Positions 12,250 to 25,815 of a stretch of 64,000 nt of DNA are shown here, piece by piece (within the stretch, counting starts at the first letter, position 1; each line of letters opens with the position of its first letter). The notes under the pieces were generated by a model that made no database searches, was not told where the DNA came from, and was given only the letters and a program-made list of their open reading frames with translations. Position numbers and translations under genes: made by a program. The stretch is taken from positions 40,982,001 to 41,046,000 of the forward strand of contig NC_042999.1 in NCBI RefSeq assembly GCF_006345805.1, written 5' to 3'. This stretch comes from Octopus sinensis (lineage: Eukaryota).

Positions 12250-12448
12250 TATATAAAGTAATCCCTCGACTATCGCGAGTGTTACGCTCCCGCAATAGGT
12301 GAAAATCCACGAAGTAGAAGCAGTACTGTACTGTATATTTTGAAATTATTTTTATCATTTGTATATATTTATTTTATTACAAATGCCAAACAACACTTCG
12401 GAGGAATCGACATAGGCTTAAACAATAAACAGTGACATGGTGAGGGAT

Positions 12449-12479
<31 letters not shown>

Positions 12480-12696
12480 GATGTTGTTTTGCGAACAACT
12501 TGCAGATGCAAGCGTTACCATTTGAAAGCTCCGCATACTGGATGCCAGCACGTGTATGGCGTCATCAGAAGAAAATGCCCGCCGTTTCGGGGCCTACCTC
12601 TCGACGACATCATTGTGCACCGCCGCCACTTCTTGAAATGAGGCCCCGCTTCCTATATCAACTGGTTATCAGATTCAGCTCAATATTCTTCTAACC

Positions 12697-13905
12697 TAGG
12701 GGTGGGCAACCGTTTTGAGACTGCGTGCCAAAACTGGCAAAATCTTTGACACAAAATTCTTCCAGGTGCCAATCAAATTTTTTTGAGAAAATATTAGGCT
12801 ACTTGGTATATCTTAAGAAAGTGTGTTAAGAATATTTTAATAAATTATTAAAAAATTCTTAAGAAATTGTGTTAAAAAGTTTTTAATAAATTATTAAAAA
12901 GTCACCATACAGTAGTAAAATACAGTATATAATGATGGAAAATGTATTTATTCACCTTCAAAATTACATCTAAACAACAATGAATCTTTGTCACTTTCAA
13001 AAGAAAACATCACATAAACTATCAGTCCGACAGAAAACTTTCAGACAACCTTTGTCACTTTCAAAAGAAAACATAAGTCAGATGGAAAATCAGTTTGACA
13101 GAAAACTTGCTGACTCCTTTCGATATACATGTATATACAGTATTGACTTCTGCTGCTGCATCACTGATGACAGCGACTTCATATCGAGTTCATACTTTGT
13201 AACTTTCAGAGATATGCATGCACCACTAGTTTCATCCGTCAGGTTACTCCTATTACAAGACTTTGCAAAGTTCATTCCTGTGAACAAGGATTCACTGTCA
13301 TATTTTGATCAAAACGTAGATATTAGTGCTGTTACAAAGTTTTTTTAAACTGGAAAAAATTTCTGGAATGGCATTCCAAGTCCTTAATATTTCGTTTCCG
13401 ACATTCCTCTCTGGTACTCCTGTCTCTAATCGCTTTTTCTCAATATTTTGTAAGGTCAATAAATTTTTGCTTTCAAATTGAGCTACTTTGAAATTCAATC
13501 AACTGCATTTCTATCTCTGAAACCATTTGTAAGTTTAGTTCTTCTAGTTTGATAATGTTTGGAAACTTCATGAATTTTGCTGTCTCTGCCAGTTCCCTGA
13601 ATCTTGCAAACTTTGTAAAAAAAAACCCTGCTCAACAGTTGACTCGATAATGTTTACAAACAGCTTTGAGAAACGTTGGTGCTCTGTTCTGTCATCTTTT
13701 GAGAGATCATTGATTTACCGTTTTAGGTTTGAGAAATATCTCAATCTCTCATTGACTAAATCCCTCTTAAAAACTTCTAGTTTCATTAAAGCCTTTATGC
13801 AACCAAGCATATGCAACCAAACATAACATCAAGTGTTTTACCAGAGCCCTGTAATTTAATATTCAAGTCATTCAAATGTTCATAAAAATCTGCAAAATCA
13901 CCAAT
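12697..13905 (-). mobile_element. hAT DNA transposon remnant, 5'-truncated
   Basis: TIR-like TAGGGGTGGGCAACC at 12697 plus decayed transposase on the minus strand; the other TIR was not found. Confidence 0.85.
13141..13900 (-). pseudogene. hAT transposase C-terminal half (GTF2IRD2/SPIN-like), with stops and frameshifts
   Basis: Peptides ADFYEHLNDLNIKLQGSGKTLDVMFG, KLEVFKRDL...LRYFSNLK, ILRTWNAIPEIFSSLKKL/VTALISTF*SKYDSESLFTGMNFAKSCNRSNLTDETSGACISLKVTKYE...MQQQKS follow the hAT dimerisation-domain pattern. Confidence 0.85.
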
Positions 13906-14060
13906 TTACAAGCCCAGATGATGTCAGCACTGCAAGAATACGGCGTAATGAGGACGTCACAGCTGTATTTATTTGTGTGCGTGTGAGCGCGCATTTCACA
14001 TATCTATTTAGCAAACATTCTGATTATATATATATGAGAGAAGATATGGAGATACATAAT

Positions 14061-14063
14061 ATG

Positions 14064-14094
<31 letters not shown>

Positions 14095-14483
14095 TGTGTG
14101 TGTGTGTGTGTGTCTGTGTCTGTGTTCATCCTCTACCACCACTTGACAACCCAGTGTTGGAGTATTTACATCCCTGTAATTTAGCAGTTCTGCAAAAGAG
14201 ACTGATAGAATGGGTACCAAGCTTAAAAAATAAATTCTGGGGTCGATTCATTTGACTAAAATTAACTAAAATGTGTGTGTGTGTGGTGTGTGTGTGTGTG
14301 TGGTGTGTGTGTGTGTGTGTGTGTGTCTGTGTCTGTGTTCATCCTCTACCACCACTTGACAACCCAGTGTTGGAGTATTTACATCCCTGTAATTTAGCAG
14401 TTCTGCAAAAGAGACTGATAGAATGGGTACCAAGCTTAAAAAATAAATTCTGGGGTCGATTCATTTGACTAAAATTAACTAAA
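14061..14483 (+). repeat. Two tandem copies (~213-bp period) of a SINE B 3' half plus (TG)n
   Basis: 14113-14270 and 14326-14483 read identical; a third (TG)n starts at 14484. Confidence 0.9.
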
Positions 14484-14525
<42 letters not shown>

Positions 14526-15397
14526 GAGTGTGTGTGTGTCTGTTTATACACACACACACACATAAGAAAATGAGATGACAACATTTTCTTATTACCACTC
14601 TGTACTCAACTAATCCTTTGTTCTGAATTATATGAAAATTGAGTTTTACACCAGGTGTGTATATATTTATGTGGGTGTGTATACATAGGTGCAGGCATGG
14701 CTATGTGATTACACAAAAAAATTTCACCCATTTATGCATACTTTAAATATATAAAGAAATAGAAAAGTATTCCATGCGTGTACTAAAAGCTCGATGATGT
14801 ATAAAAGATTGAAGCTTCTCAGAAGTACCTCCTGATCCAGAAATGGTCCTGATATAACCAACCACGCTTTTTAAAATTCAGACTTAATATTAATTGAGAT
14901 CACATTTGATCCCTGGAATTCTCACATCTTTTACGAGCGTGATTGGAGGGAGACATGGATTTTTGTTTCTTCCACAGGTCATTTTACCTTATATATCATT
15001 CTCTGCTCTTAATGTTTCAACTATTTACAACCAGATGGAAAATGTTGCAAGATAACTTCCTTCAGAGGATTAACATAGATCAATATATATATAAGAACTA
15101 TATTTTTTACGTTGCCCTCTACCCACCCTCTCTCTCTCATGTACCTGCGCACACACTCACACACACACAAACACATACATTTACACACAACATGTAAGCA
15201 TTTAGGTTGAAAGAAACAAATAACTTCGGATTGTAATATAAGAAATAACGCCTATTGATAATTTGACAGTTACTTTTTTTTTTTCAATTTACAATTCTTC
15301 AATGTTTTCACACCCCTACACGCACATTCCACCGCCACACAACATACTACAACTGTTTTGCTCTTCCTGTTCTTTCATTCTCTCACCCTTTTATTAT

Positions 15398-15428
<31 letters not shown>

Positions 15429-15899
15429 TCTTCTTCGTCTTCGTCGTCGTCTTCGTCGTAGCCTTTTGTCTTAATATTCTATACTTTATCTATCTGTACA
15501 GTCTATGTTTCTGCATCTACATCACAGAAACATAGAAATAATCTATATTTCTATGTTTTAGACGCACACATTGTTCTAACAAAGAGAATCTCACTCGCGC
15601 ATGTAAATATGTTTCTATACATGAACGCATTCATAACTTGTGAAAGCTTGCGTGTATATGTTGTATGTATAAATATATTCACATACAACACACACGCACA
15701 TGTGTACATATACATGTATATATTATGTACACTCACACACTCGTATTTTCCTTTTTTCCCCTATCTCATGTGTACGTGTGTATGCGTTTGTATATATATA
15801 TTTGTATATGAATGCTTATACATACATACACACACCACACACACATACATATATATATCTCTATTCTAAGCACATACTCATATGATTACACACACACCA

Positions 15900-15902
15900 C
15901 AC

Positions 15903-15945
<43 letters not shown>

Positions 15946-16224
15946 ATATTATACGTATGTATCTAGTTATATGTTTTCTTATTTTATTTATCTACTTGTA
16001 AGAAAATATACACGGACATATGTATATACGAAATGGACAGACGGACGCACAAGATTGTGAATAGAAGAATTATCGTTCGATGAATATATTCTTAGATCCA
16101 TTCATCACTTTGCTGGACAGGTTCACAAATATACAGTCTTATACATATACGTAAGTTATCCGTTTCCCTCAAAGGATTTGTATATATATATATATGTATG
16201 TATGTATATGTATATATATGTATG

Positions 16225-16272
<48 letters not shown>

Positions 16273-16343
16273 TGTATGTATATATATATATATATGTATG
16301 TATATATATATATATATGTATGTATATATATATGTATGTATAT

Positions 16344-16422
<79 letters not shown>

Positions 16423-16490
16423 TGTATGTATATATATATATACACATATATATATATATGTATGTATGTATGTATATATATATATATGCA
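15900..16490. repeat. (TA)n/(TATG)n microsatellite blocks
   Basis: Direct inspection; main block 16180-16490. Confidence 0.9.
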
Positions 16491-16921
16491 TAAATATGTT
16501 CGAAGGAACACGCGTACATCTGTGTTTGCACTGAGAAATAGAACCGGAGAGAATGTGAGAGAAGGAGACGATGTCTGTGTATGTATATATATGTGAGTGA
16601 TTGCAGTTGCGTATATTTCCTTATATTTCTGTTTGTGATTCTGTTTGTATGTATGTGCCTGAGCGAGCCCCTGTGTATATGTATCAATATATGTTTATGA
16701 AGATTACACACATGTCAGAGTATTTGGTCTATAATGATGGATCGATCAGGACTGTGCAAATTCAGCGGTGACTTAACTCAGGCAGTACGACTTGGAATAT
16801 AATACTAAGCACACGAAAATACACATTCCACAGAGCATACACGCACGTAAGGAAAACTCACTTTTCTCTTCTGTTAGTTTTTTTTTTTTTTTGCTTTGTT
16901 CTTTTCCTCAATAATACTTAC

Positions 16922-17015
16922 ACTCGCACAATCGCGAAAATGTTCATGCAAACAAAATCGAGAATATGGCGCCCGTTTAAAAGAGAAACAGCTAATCTGA
17001 GCATTATCACGTGAC
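16922..17015 (-). promoter_or_regulatory. Candidate promoter / first exon
   Basis: CpG-enriched unique sequence with TCACGTGAC (17007-17015), AATATGGCG YY1-like motif (16963-16971) and a minus-strand GTAAGT donor at 16921-16916. Confidence 0.25.
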
Positions 17016-17349
17016 ACGCGCTTTTAATCGTAGTTGACATGTGTAAACACTTTTACGTTTATGCTTTATTTCGTTTTGTTTTGTTTTTTTCCTTAGTGTA
17101 AATTTAACTATCAATTCGGGTGAAGTTTCCATATTGCTTTTGTTGATATTGTTAATTGGACACCTAATACAGCGTTCGTTGTTGACAGGAAAGTGGACTA
17201 CAAAATCTAATGCATCTTATATGTATGGGAAAAAAAAAGAAATAAAAACAAACATTAATCCAAGTTTTTAGTCGACAGTAACGGCTGACAGATGATTCTT
17301 AGCTAATTGCTTCTGTGGGTTGTTGATAGACACAAATATAACTAATACA

Positions 17350-17412
<63 letters not shown>

Positions 17413-17619
17413 GCAAGCAGCATCGGACATATAATCTCGTATGCAAAATATTTTCTTTGTACTCTCCTATATACATTTTCTTCCAGTAACTCTCTCGCTC
17501 GTTCCAGCTTTTCTCTCACCCCTGCCTTTATCTTTGTATTTGTTTGAATATCGGAATAAATATCTAAATAAATAACGTCTATGCACGCATACATGCATGT
17601 TGGTCCGTCGGAGCGACCA

Positions 17620-17880
17620 GGGCCATTTAGTCAGCCTTAAGGATGGATGACGTATTGCGCGAATATTAAAGTGAGGAAAATTTGTACATTCGGTAACCCT
17701 ACTCTCTTGTCCGTGACCATCGTAAAGCCAGTGGCAAAATCTGGTCAAGACGACTGGGGATAGAAATAGATGCAGTTGAGCACTAAGATGTTTTACCTGC
17801 CTCATCTTGCCCTCTGGATTCCACGATGTGATGCAGCAGCCACCTTCTGCGTTGAAGAGTGAAAGTTTCTTTTGCAGAGT
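17620..17880 (-). mobile_element. Probable decayed 3' end of an RTE-type LINE
   Basis: Minus-strand peptides QRRRWLLHHIV and CITSWNPEGKMRQ in adjacent frames resemble the RTE post-RT motif RRW.WIGH...TWNPEGKR. Confidence 0.4.
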
Positions 17881-18539
17881 TCACTGGATGTAGTCTTCAC
17901 ATGTATAGGCAAGCCAAAATATGCTGATTATCTCATAGCTGGGATCCCGACAAATCAGAGTATACCTAGGAACAATTATATCTAAGGGGCGATTCCAAAC
18001 TCATCATATACATATAGACATAATCGCGCATATATCTACGACTTTCTATTAAAATCTGTTGTTTTCATATAAATTATGCATTTTCCTTTATATATTTTCA
18101 GAATACCGATATTGTTTTTCATTGTATCATTTAACTCATTTTGATATTTTATAAAAACTAACGTTTCAAGGATGTATCATTCACTTTCTCATTTTCAAAT
18201 TTCGGCCTTTTATGTTTTCCCCACGAGTGATATCCTCAAATACTCCCTGGTTTACAAATCGGAATTCACTGTTGGTTGTGATACATAGAAGTAGAGTCGT
18301 GCAACTATGTCATGAGATATGCATAAAAATGTTACTTGCAAAGCGTCACGTGAAACATATCACTTGTTACTTGCTTCTGAAGGATCATATCCAACTCGTG
18401 TTTTGAGATATACACTCCGTATATTATATATACCTGCTTATAAGAACTACTTCAATGTTCAATATAAGATTTGTCGTATGGAGTCACTTAACACACACTG
18501 TGTATGTCCTGGTTTTAAGAATTACTTTCGTCTCCTGTA

Positions 18540-18910
18540 GGCGAAGGTAATGCTATGTAGTTAAGAAGCTCACTTTGTTTTCAAGTTCAATCCCCCTGCC
18601 TTGTACATTGGACAAATGTCTTCTGTTATAGCTTCCGGTCGACTGATGCTTTGTGAGTATTTGGCAGACGGAAACTGTGTGAAAGCCTGTAATGTGTGTG
18701 TTTGATTTTGCGTTAGTCACATATCGCTACCACCTGACAACCGGTGCTGGTTTGTTTACGTTCTTCTACCATAGCAGTTCGGCCAAATAGACCAATTAAA
18801 GCACCAGACTCAAAAATAAGTACTGGGGTCGATTTGCCCGATTAATCTCTTCAAGGTGATACTCCAGCATGGTTATAGTCCAATGACTAAAGCAAGTAAA
18901 AATTAAAAGA
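18540..18910 (+). mobile_element. SINE family B, diverged copy
   Basis: ggacaaatgtcttc, ggcagacggaaactg, tactggggtcgatttg, tail gcaagtaaaa; another tail fragment at 18990-19090. Confidence 0.75.
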
Positions 18911-19445
18911 CAAAAATGAAGATTTTGTTTCATTTTTCAGATTTTCTGGAGAGTGTTTCTTGTATTCTATGAGGTTTCTAAAAATGATCTAAGTACCCAA
19001 GTACTAGGCTTAAAAAAAAGTCCTGGGGCCGATTTGTTCGACTAAAACACTTCATGACGACGCAGTCAAATAAGTAAAACAAGTAAAAAAAAAAATAAAA
19101 GTATAAAAAATGAAATACTGGCTTTGTTTTATGGACCCCCCCCCCGCGGAAGAGTCAAAGGTAAATTCGATGCCAGTTGGATTCCAAGTAAAATATAAAG
19201 ATAAGTAAAGTAATTTCGTTAAGCGTATTTCCAGATCGTTAATGGTGTATGTATATGTGTATACACACACACATAGGCATACAAATGTGAGATAGAGGAG
19301 AGAAAACTCCGGGGACAGTGACTCTGATAAAAGCATCGCGGCTGACAGAGTTATTGATCTCTTCAGATAAAGTTTGGTTATTAATAACTATAAAAATATT
19401 CGTTGGCAACTGTATTCACGCACGCACACACACACACACAACACA

Positions 19446-19500
<55 letters not shown>

Positions 19501-19620
19501 TGCGCACACACACACATACACACACACACGAACTTACTCAACCATTTTCATGAATTTATAAGTACGAGCATATTCAGTCTGTTTTACGCACAAAAATGTA
19601 TGTGTATATATTTCCGTTCA

Positions 19621-19654
<34 letters not shown>

Positions 19655-19657
19655 TCA

Positions 19658-19720
<63 letters not shown>

Positions 19721-19745
19721 CGTCTGTCTGTCTGTCTGTCTGTCT
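19621..19745. repeat. Compound (TCTG)n/(TCTA)n tetranucleotide repeat
   Basis: Direct inspection. Confidence 0.95.
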
Positions 19746-19749
19746 GTCT

Positions 19750-20028
19750 TGATATACTTACGTGTGTATGTATATATATGTGTGTATATGTATATATATA
19801 CGCATTTATATGTATATGTGTGTATATATATAAGCATATATAGGTACATGTGTGTGTATAAGTATAAATATATATAGTGTGTTGTGTGCGTGTATGGTAA
19901 TATACATATGTGAATATATATATGTATATTATAATTATATATATATACATACATATAGTATATATATTATATATATACATACATACATATATATATGTAT
20001 ATATATAATATATATTACATATATACGT

Positions 20029-20059
<31 letters not shown>

Positions 20060-20380
20060 ATTATATATATGTATATATATATATATATATATAACATAGA
20101 TATGTATATATATATAATATAAACATATATTGTATATATATATATATATATACATATTATGGTATATATATATATACATATATATGTATATATATATGTA
20201 TATATTATAATTATACATATATATGTATATATATATGTATATATATATATATTATAGACATACATATATATGTATATATATATATATATATACATACATA
20301 TATATTATATATATATATATAGACATACATATGTATATGTATATTATATATATATTATTATAATACATACTATATATGTA

Positions 20381-20411
<31 letters not shown>

Positions 20412-21239
20412 GTATATAATATATACATACATATATATGTATAATATATATATATACATACATATATATGTATATATATATATATGATATATATATACAT
20501 ACATATTATGGTATATATATATATATATATATACATACATATATATGTATATATATAACGACATACATATATATGTTAGATATCTATATATATGATATAT
20601 CATACATATATATTATATATATATATATATACATACATATATGTGTATATATATATATATATACATACATACACTATATATTATGAGTATATATATATAG
20701 AACATACAAACATATATGCTATATATATATATATATTACATACATAATATTTATAATATATATCTATACATACATATATGTATATATATAGAGTATATCT
20801 CCCTACATCTATATTTATGCTATATATATAACATACAGATATATGTATATATATATATTATCCATACATTAGTATGTATTATATATAGTCATACATACAT
20901 ATATATGTATATATATATATATACATACATATATATGTATATGTATATATAATATATATAATACATACATATATATGTATATGTATATATATATATAATA
21001 TACATACATATCTATGTATATGTATATATATATAATATTATATTTAATACAGATATATGATGTATATACATATATATATATATATATTACATAATATATA
21101 TTTACATAATATATATATATATATCTATATATACATACATATATATGTATATTATATATAGTATATATATATATATATACATACATATATATGTATCATA
21201 TATATATATATAGTATATCTATACATCAGACTATATTTA

Positions 21240-21281
<42 letters not shown>

Positions 21282-21718
21282 CTATATATGTATATATATA
21301 TATATATCTATATCTAATATATAACATACAATATATGTATATATATTATATATATATATGATATAACATACATATATATGTCTTATATATATGTATATTA
21401 TAATATAACATACATATATATGTATATATATATATTAATCATATATATCATACATATATATGTATCTATCTATATGTATATATATATATACATACCTCTA
21501 TATGTATATATATATCTGTATATATATATATATACATACATATCTCTGTCTATATAATATGTATCTATATAAGGGTATACACTACATCTATCTGTATATC
21601 TATATATGTATATATATAATATACATACAAATATATATGATATATATCTCTATGTACTATATATATATATACATACATATCTATATATTATATATATATA
21701 TATATATCTAATATCTAT
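19750..21718. repeat. About 2-kb irregular (TA)n/(TACA)n block
   Basis: Direct inspection; almost free of non-repeat sequence. Confidence 0.95.
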
Positions 21719-21719
21719 A

Positions 21720-22223
21720 CTAGCAGTATCGCCCGGCGTTTGCTCGGATTTGTAAGGGAAAATAACTATATAAGCATTTTTAGAGAGTTACTTCCCTTAT
21801 AAATCGGGCTTTCTTAGCCATTTTTGTTTTGTGTCTTCAAGCCATGAAGTCGTTGTTCTAAAAGAACGCTGGTTTCCTTCACAACGCATTACGACGTTGA
21901 TTTCTTTACACTCCCTTCCCCAGCGCTTCACGAGGGAGGGAAGGGAGAAGCAAACAGGTGCAGCTGTGAGCGTGACGCCAACTCCGCCGCCATCGACATA
22001 CGATGCTTTTATGCATTAAAATGGAATAAAAAATGATGTTAACTTATTTTTAAAATCGTAGACTCATCGTTGACGCGCGCGCTAATAGTCAGACGGGCTC
22101 GATATGAATCACGACTATAAGATACCCGAATTTGGTTAAACTGCACCGCAAAATGTGGGAGGAGTTAGGAATCTAAATCGAAGGGGACAGACACTCACAC
22201 AACTAGAGTTTTATATATATAGA
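21720..22223 (-). mobile_element. Non-autonomous Helitron, 504 bp
   Basis: On the minus strand A|TCTATATATATAAAAC...hairpin...CTAG|T; reverse complement of 22589-23092. Confidence 0.92.
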
Positions 22224-22237
22224 TATACATACATACA

Positions 22238-22269
<32 letters not shown>

Positions 22270-22387
22270 CACACGCACACGAATACAAACATGTAGACAC
22301 ACTTACACACAATGTCTCGTATACGTGGTGTTAACTAATTATTTTCTTTCTTATAAATAGCAGGAAATTTTCATCTTCAGAAGCACA

Positions 22388-22588
22388 TCTATAAAGGGAG
22401 TGTAAGAAATCAACGTCGAATGCGTTTGAAGGAAACCAGCGTTCCTTTTAGAACAACGACTTCAATGGCTTGAAGACACCAAAATAAAATGGCTAAGAAA
22501 GCCCGAATTTATAAGGGTAGTAACTCTCTCAAAATGGTTATATAGTTATTTCCCTTACAACCCGAGCAACGCCGGGCGATACTGCTAG
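22388..22588 (+). mobile_element. Internally deleted Helitron, 201 bp, with both termini
   Basis: A|TCTATA joined to the last ~195 bp of the 504-bp family, ending at CTAG (22585-22588). Confidence 0.85.
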
Positions 22589-23092
22589 TCTATATATATA
22601 AAACTCTAGTGTGTGAGTGTCTGTCCCCTTCGATTTAGATTCCTAACTCCTCCCCATTTTGCGGTTGCAATTAACCAAATTCGGGTATCTTATAGTCGTG
22701 ATTCATAATCGAGCCCGTCTGACTATTAGCGCGCGTCAACGATGAGTCTACGATTTAAAAATAATTTAACATCATTTTTTATTCCATTTTAATGCATAAA
22801 ATGCATCGTGTGTCGATGGCGGCGGAGTTGGCGTCCACGCTCACAGCTGCACCTGTTTGCTTCTCTCCCCCTTCCCTCCCTCGTGAAGCTGTGGGAAGGG
22901 AGTGTAAAGAAATCAACGTCGTATGCGTTGTGAAGGAAACCAGCGTTCTTTTAGAACAACGACTTCATGGCTTGAAGACACCAAAACAAAAATGGCTAAG
23001 AAAGCCCGAATTTATAAGGGAAGTAACTCTCTAAAAATGCTTATATAGTTATTTCCCTTACAAATCCGAGCAACGCCGGGCGATACTGCTAG
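22589..23092 (+). mobile_element. Non-autonomous Helitron, 504 bp
   Basis: Starts TC directly after the previous CTAG; ends ccgagcaacgccgggcgatactgCTAG|T. Confidence 0.93.
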
Positions 23093-24208
23093 TTTTAAAT
23101 AAAATATTCATAAATGAAACAAATATCATTATTAGTGATATAATTTTGACAACGTTAACCAAGAACTATCATTTATCATAATTTTAATTAATCATCGAAG
23201 ACGTTTCTCTCAACATTGAACTTTCCCATATGTACAATTACTATTAGACGACCATTTCATGTTATTTATAATCGGAATTTTCCAAACTCCAAACACTAGA
23301 AATATTGTTGAAACTCTCTCAACCTATCAATTCAAAGATGGCCGGTGGAAGCCTAATTTAATATCATCTTACATAAAAATACTTTTGTTTTTCTTTGATT
23401 GCGTTCGTTCGTTCAGTATCAGCCACATTGTCTGTAGTTATGTAACATCTATAGTTTGCTGTTTCCTCTAATTAGAATAATAAACGTACAATATATTTAC
23501 TGTGGCCTGCTAAACAGTTGGGGTATTCGATTTACGATCAGCATATCGTGTGTTCGATTCCCGTCCAGAGTAAGACGCTGTGCCTTTAAGCCTGGTAATT
23601 CATTTAACGACGTTGCTCTTATATTCTAAGTTAAAATGAGTTAAAATGAGTGCTGCTGCAACCCTCTTTCCTCAAGCAGTCGTTTCTTGAAGGTTTCATT
23701 GAGTCAAATGTAGGGGAGCTGTGAAGGTGTTTGAGACTACTTGGGACTACATAGACATCTAAAACAATTTGTAAAAGCATGGTACATGCTACCTGGACCG
23801 TATTCGCCTGCGAGGGATAATTGTAAGTTTCTTTCTGTGTATTACTGTGATATGCTATTTTACATCTTTTACTATTTCTAGTGATAGGAATGTGGTCATG
23901 CTGGGGCACAATATTTTATAAGGGTTATAGTCGATTTAATTACAGATAGCGGCTAAATCTCCCTCAAAAACACATTCCATTCATCCATTGATTTTTGTCA
24001 CCCACCCACTATTCACGAAAGGTTTAGGGGTAGAGTTCTCAGGCACATTCTTCCTTCATAGGATCCTTTCAGAATCACCCGTCATTTCCTGCTGGATTCC
24101 CAATCTTGACTAACTGAGACTATAAATATTATCCAACTCTCCTATTCCTATTCCTCGGTCTCCTGTCGGTTGGCTGGCTTGAAGAATCTGTCTTGCGATT
24201 CTTTCCTC

Positions 24209-24432
24209 GAGCTGGCAGAAACGTTAGCACACCGGGCAAAATGCGTAGCTGTATTTCGTCTGCCGCAACGTTCTGGATTCAAATTCCGCCGAGGTCGACT
24301 TTGCCTTTCATCCTTTCGGGGTTGATAAATAAGTACCAGTTACGCACTGGAGTCGATATTATCGACTTAATCCGTCTGTCTGTCCTTATTTGTCCTCTCT
24401 GTGTTTAGCCCCTTGTGGGTAGTAAAGAAATA
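24209..24432 (+). mobile_element. SINE family C, long-tail variant (C2)
   Basis: A box tggcagaa, B box ttcaaattc, core gactttgcctttcatcctttcgggg, tail gccccttgtgggtagtaaagaaata. Confidence 0.9.
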
Positions 24433-24879
24433 ATCATACTGACCACATGTTCGTAATATCGGAGCTGTGACCTCTCAGAGTGAATTAACAGCTGGACATG
24501 GAGAGTCTCTTTGTAGACAAGACAGAATAGACAGCGTAATTTCAAATATTTCCTTCCATAAGAAACACGGGATTCTAAAGACACATTTGATCAGAGATGT
24601 GAATAATAACAATTGCGCTAGCACTAGCAATGGGAATGTAAATACGTCACCGTTTGTCCTTGAAATCACACCGTATCGTGTTCAAGAATAAGAGGGAACA
24701 CTTTGAATCATTGGCCGGCTAGGTTAGGGCTGACTCTGAAAGCTGCTGGTCAGATGTACGTCACCTTCCAACATACATTGTTGTTTTATACACAGCTCGC
24801 ACATAACAGATGTTATCTCGGGATAAATATCGCGGCAACTTGCTTTTAACGTATCACACTTAATATACATTAAGTATGA

Positions 24880-24881
24880 CA

Positions 24882-24944
<63 letters not shown>

Positions 24945-25072
24945 GTATATGTATATATATGTATATATATGTATATATATGTATATGTATATTATGTTAT
25001 ATATATAATATGTTATATATATATATGTATATATATATGTATATATATATGTATATATATTATATATATATG

Positions 25073-25105
<33 letters not shown>

Positions 25106-25166
25106 GTATATATAATATCTATATGTATATATATATATGTATATATATTATATATATGTATATATG

Positions 25167-25199
<33 letters not shown>

Positions 25200-25220
25200 G
25201 TATATATATATATATGTATG

Positions 25221-25253
<33 letters not shown>

Positions 25254-25446
25254 GTATATATATATGTATATGTATGTATGTATATGTATGTAATATATGT
25301 ATATGTATGTATATAATGTATATGTATGTATATATATGTATATATGTATATGTAGTATATATATGTATATGTATATATGTATATGTATGTATATTATATG
25401 TATATGTATATATATATATTATGTATGTATATATATATGTATATAT

Positions 25447-25480
<34 letters not shown>

Positions 25481-25815
25481 ATATGTATATGTATATATAT
25501 ATATGTGTGTGTATATATATATATATATATATGTATATGTATATATATATATGTGTGTGTATATATGTATATATATATATGTATGTATATGTATATATAT
25601 ATATATATATATGTATATGTATATATATATATGTGTGTGTATATATGTATATATATATATGTATGTATATGTATATATATATATATATATATGTACATAC
25701 GAGCGTGTGTGTATGTATATACTCACACATGTATACAGACACACACGCACACACGCACGCACACACACACACGCACACACACACACAGACGTGTGTGTGT
25801 GTGTGTGTGTGTGTG
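24880..25815. repeat. About 0.9-kb (TA)n/(TATG)n/(CA)n block
   Basis: Direct inspection. Confidence 0.95.

Noticed and set aside
12490-12694. GC-rich 64-aa ORF beside the hAT TIR
   Set aside because: No recognisable motif and no consistent splice signals.
16967-16975. TGGCGCCCG resembling a tRNA-Lys primer binding site (also 39668-39676)
   Set aside because: Only 9 nt match and there is no adjacent LTR or gag/pol remnant.
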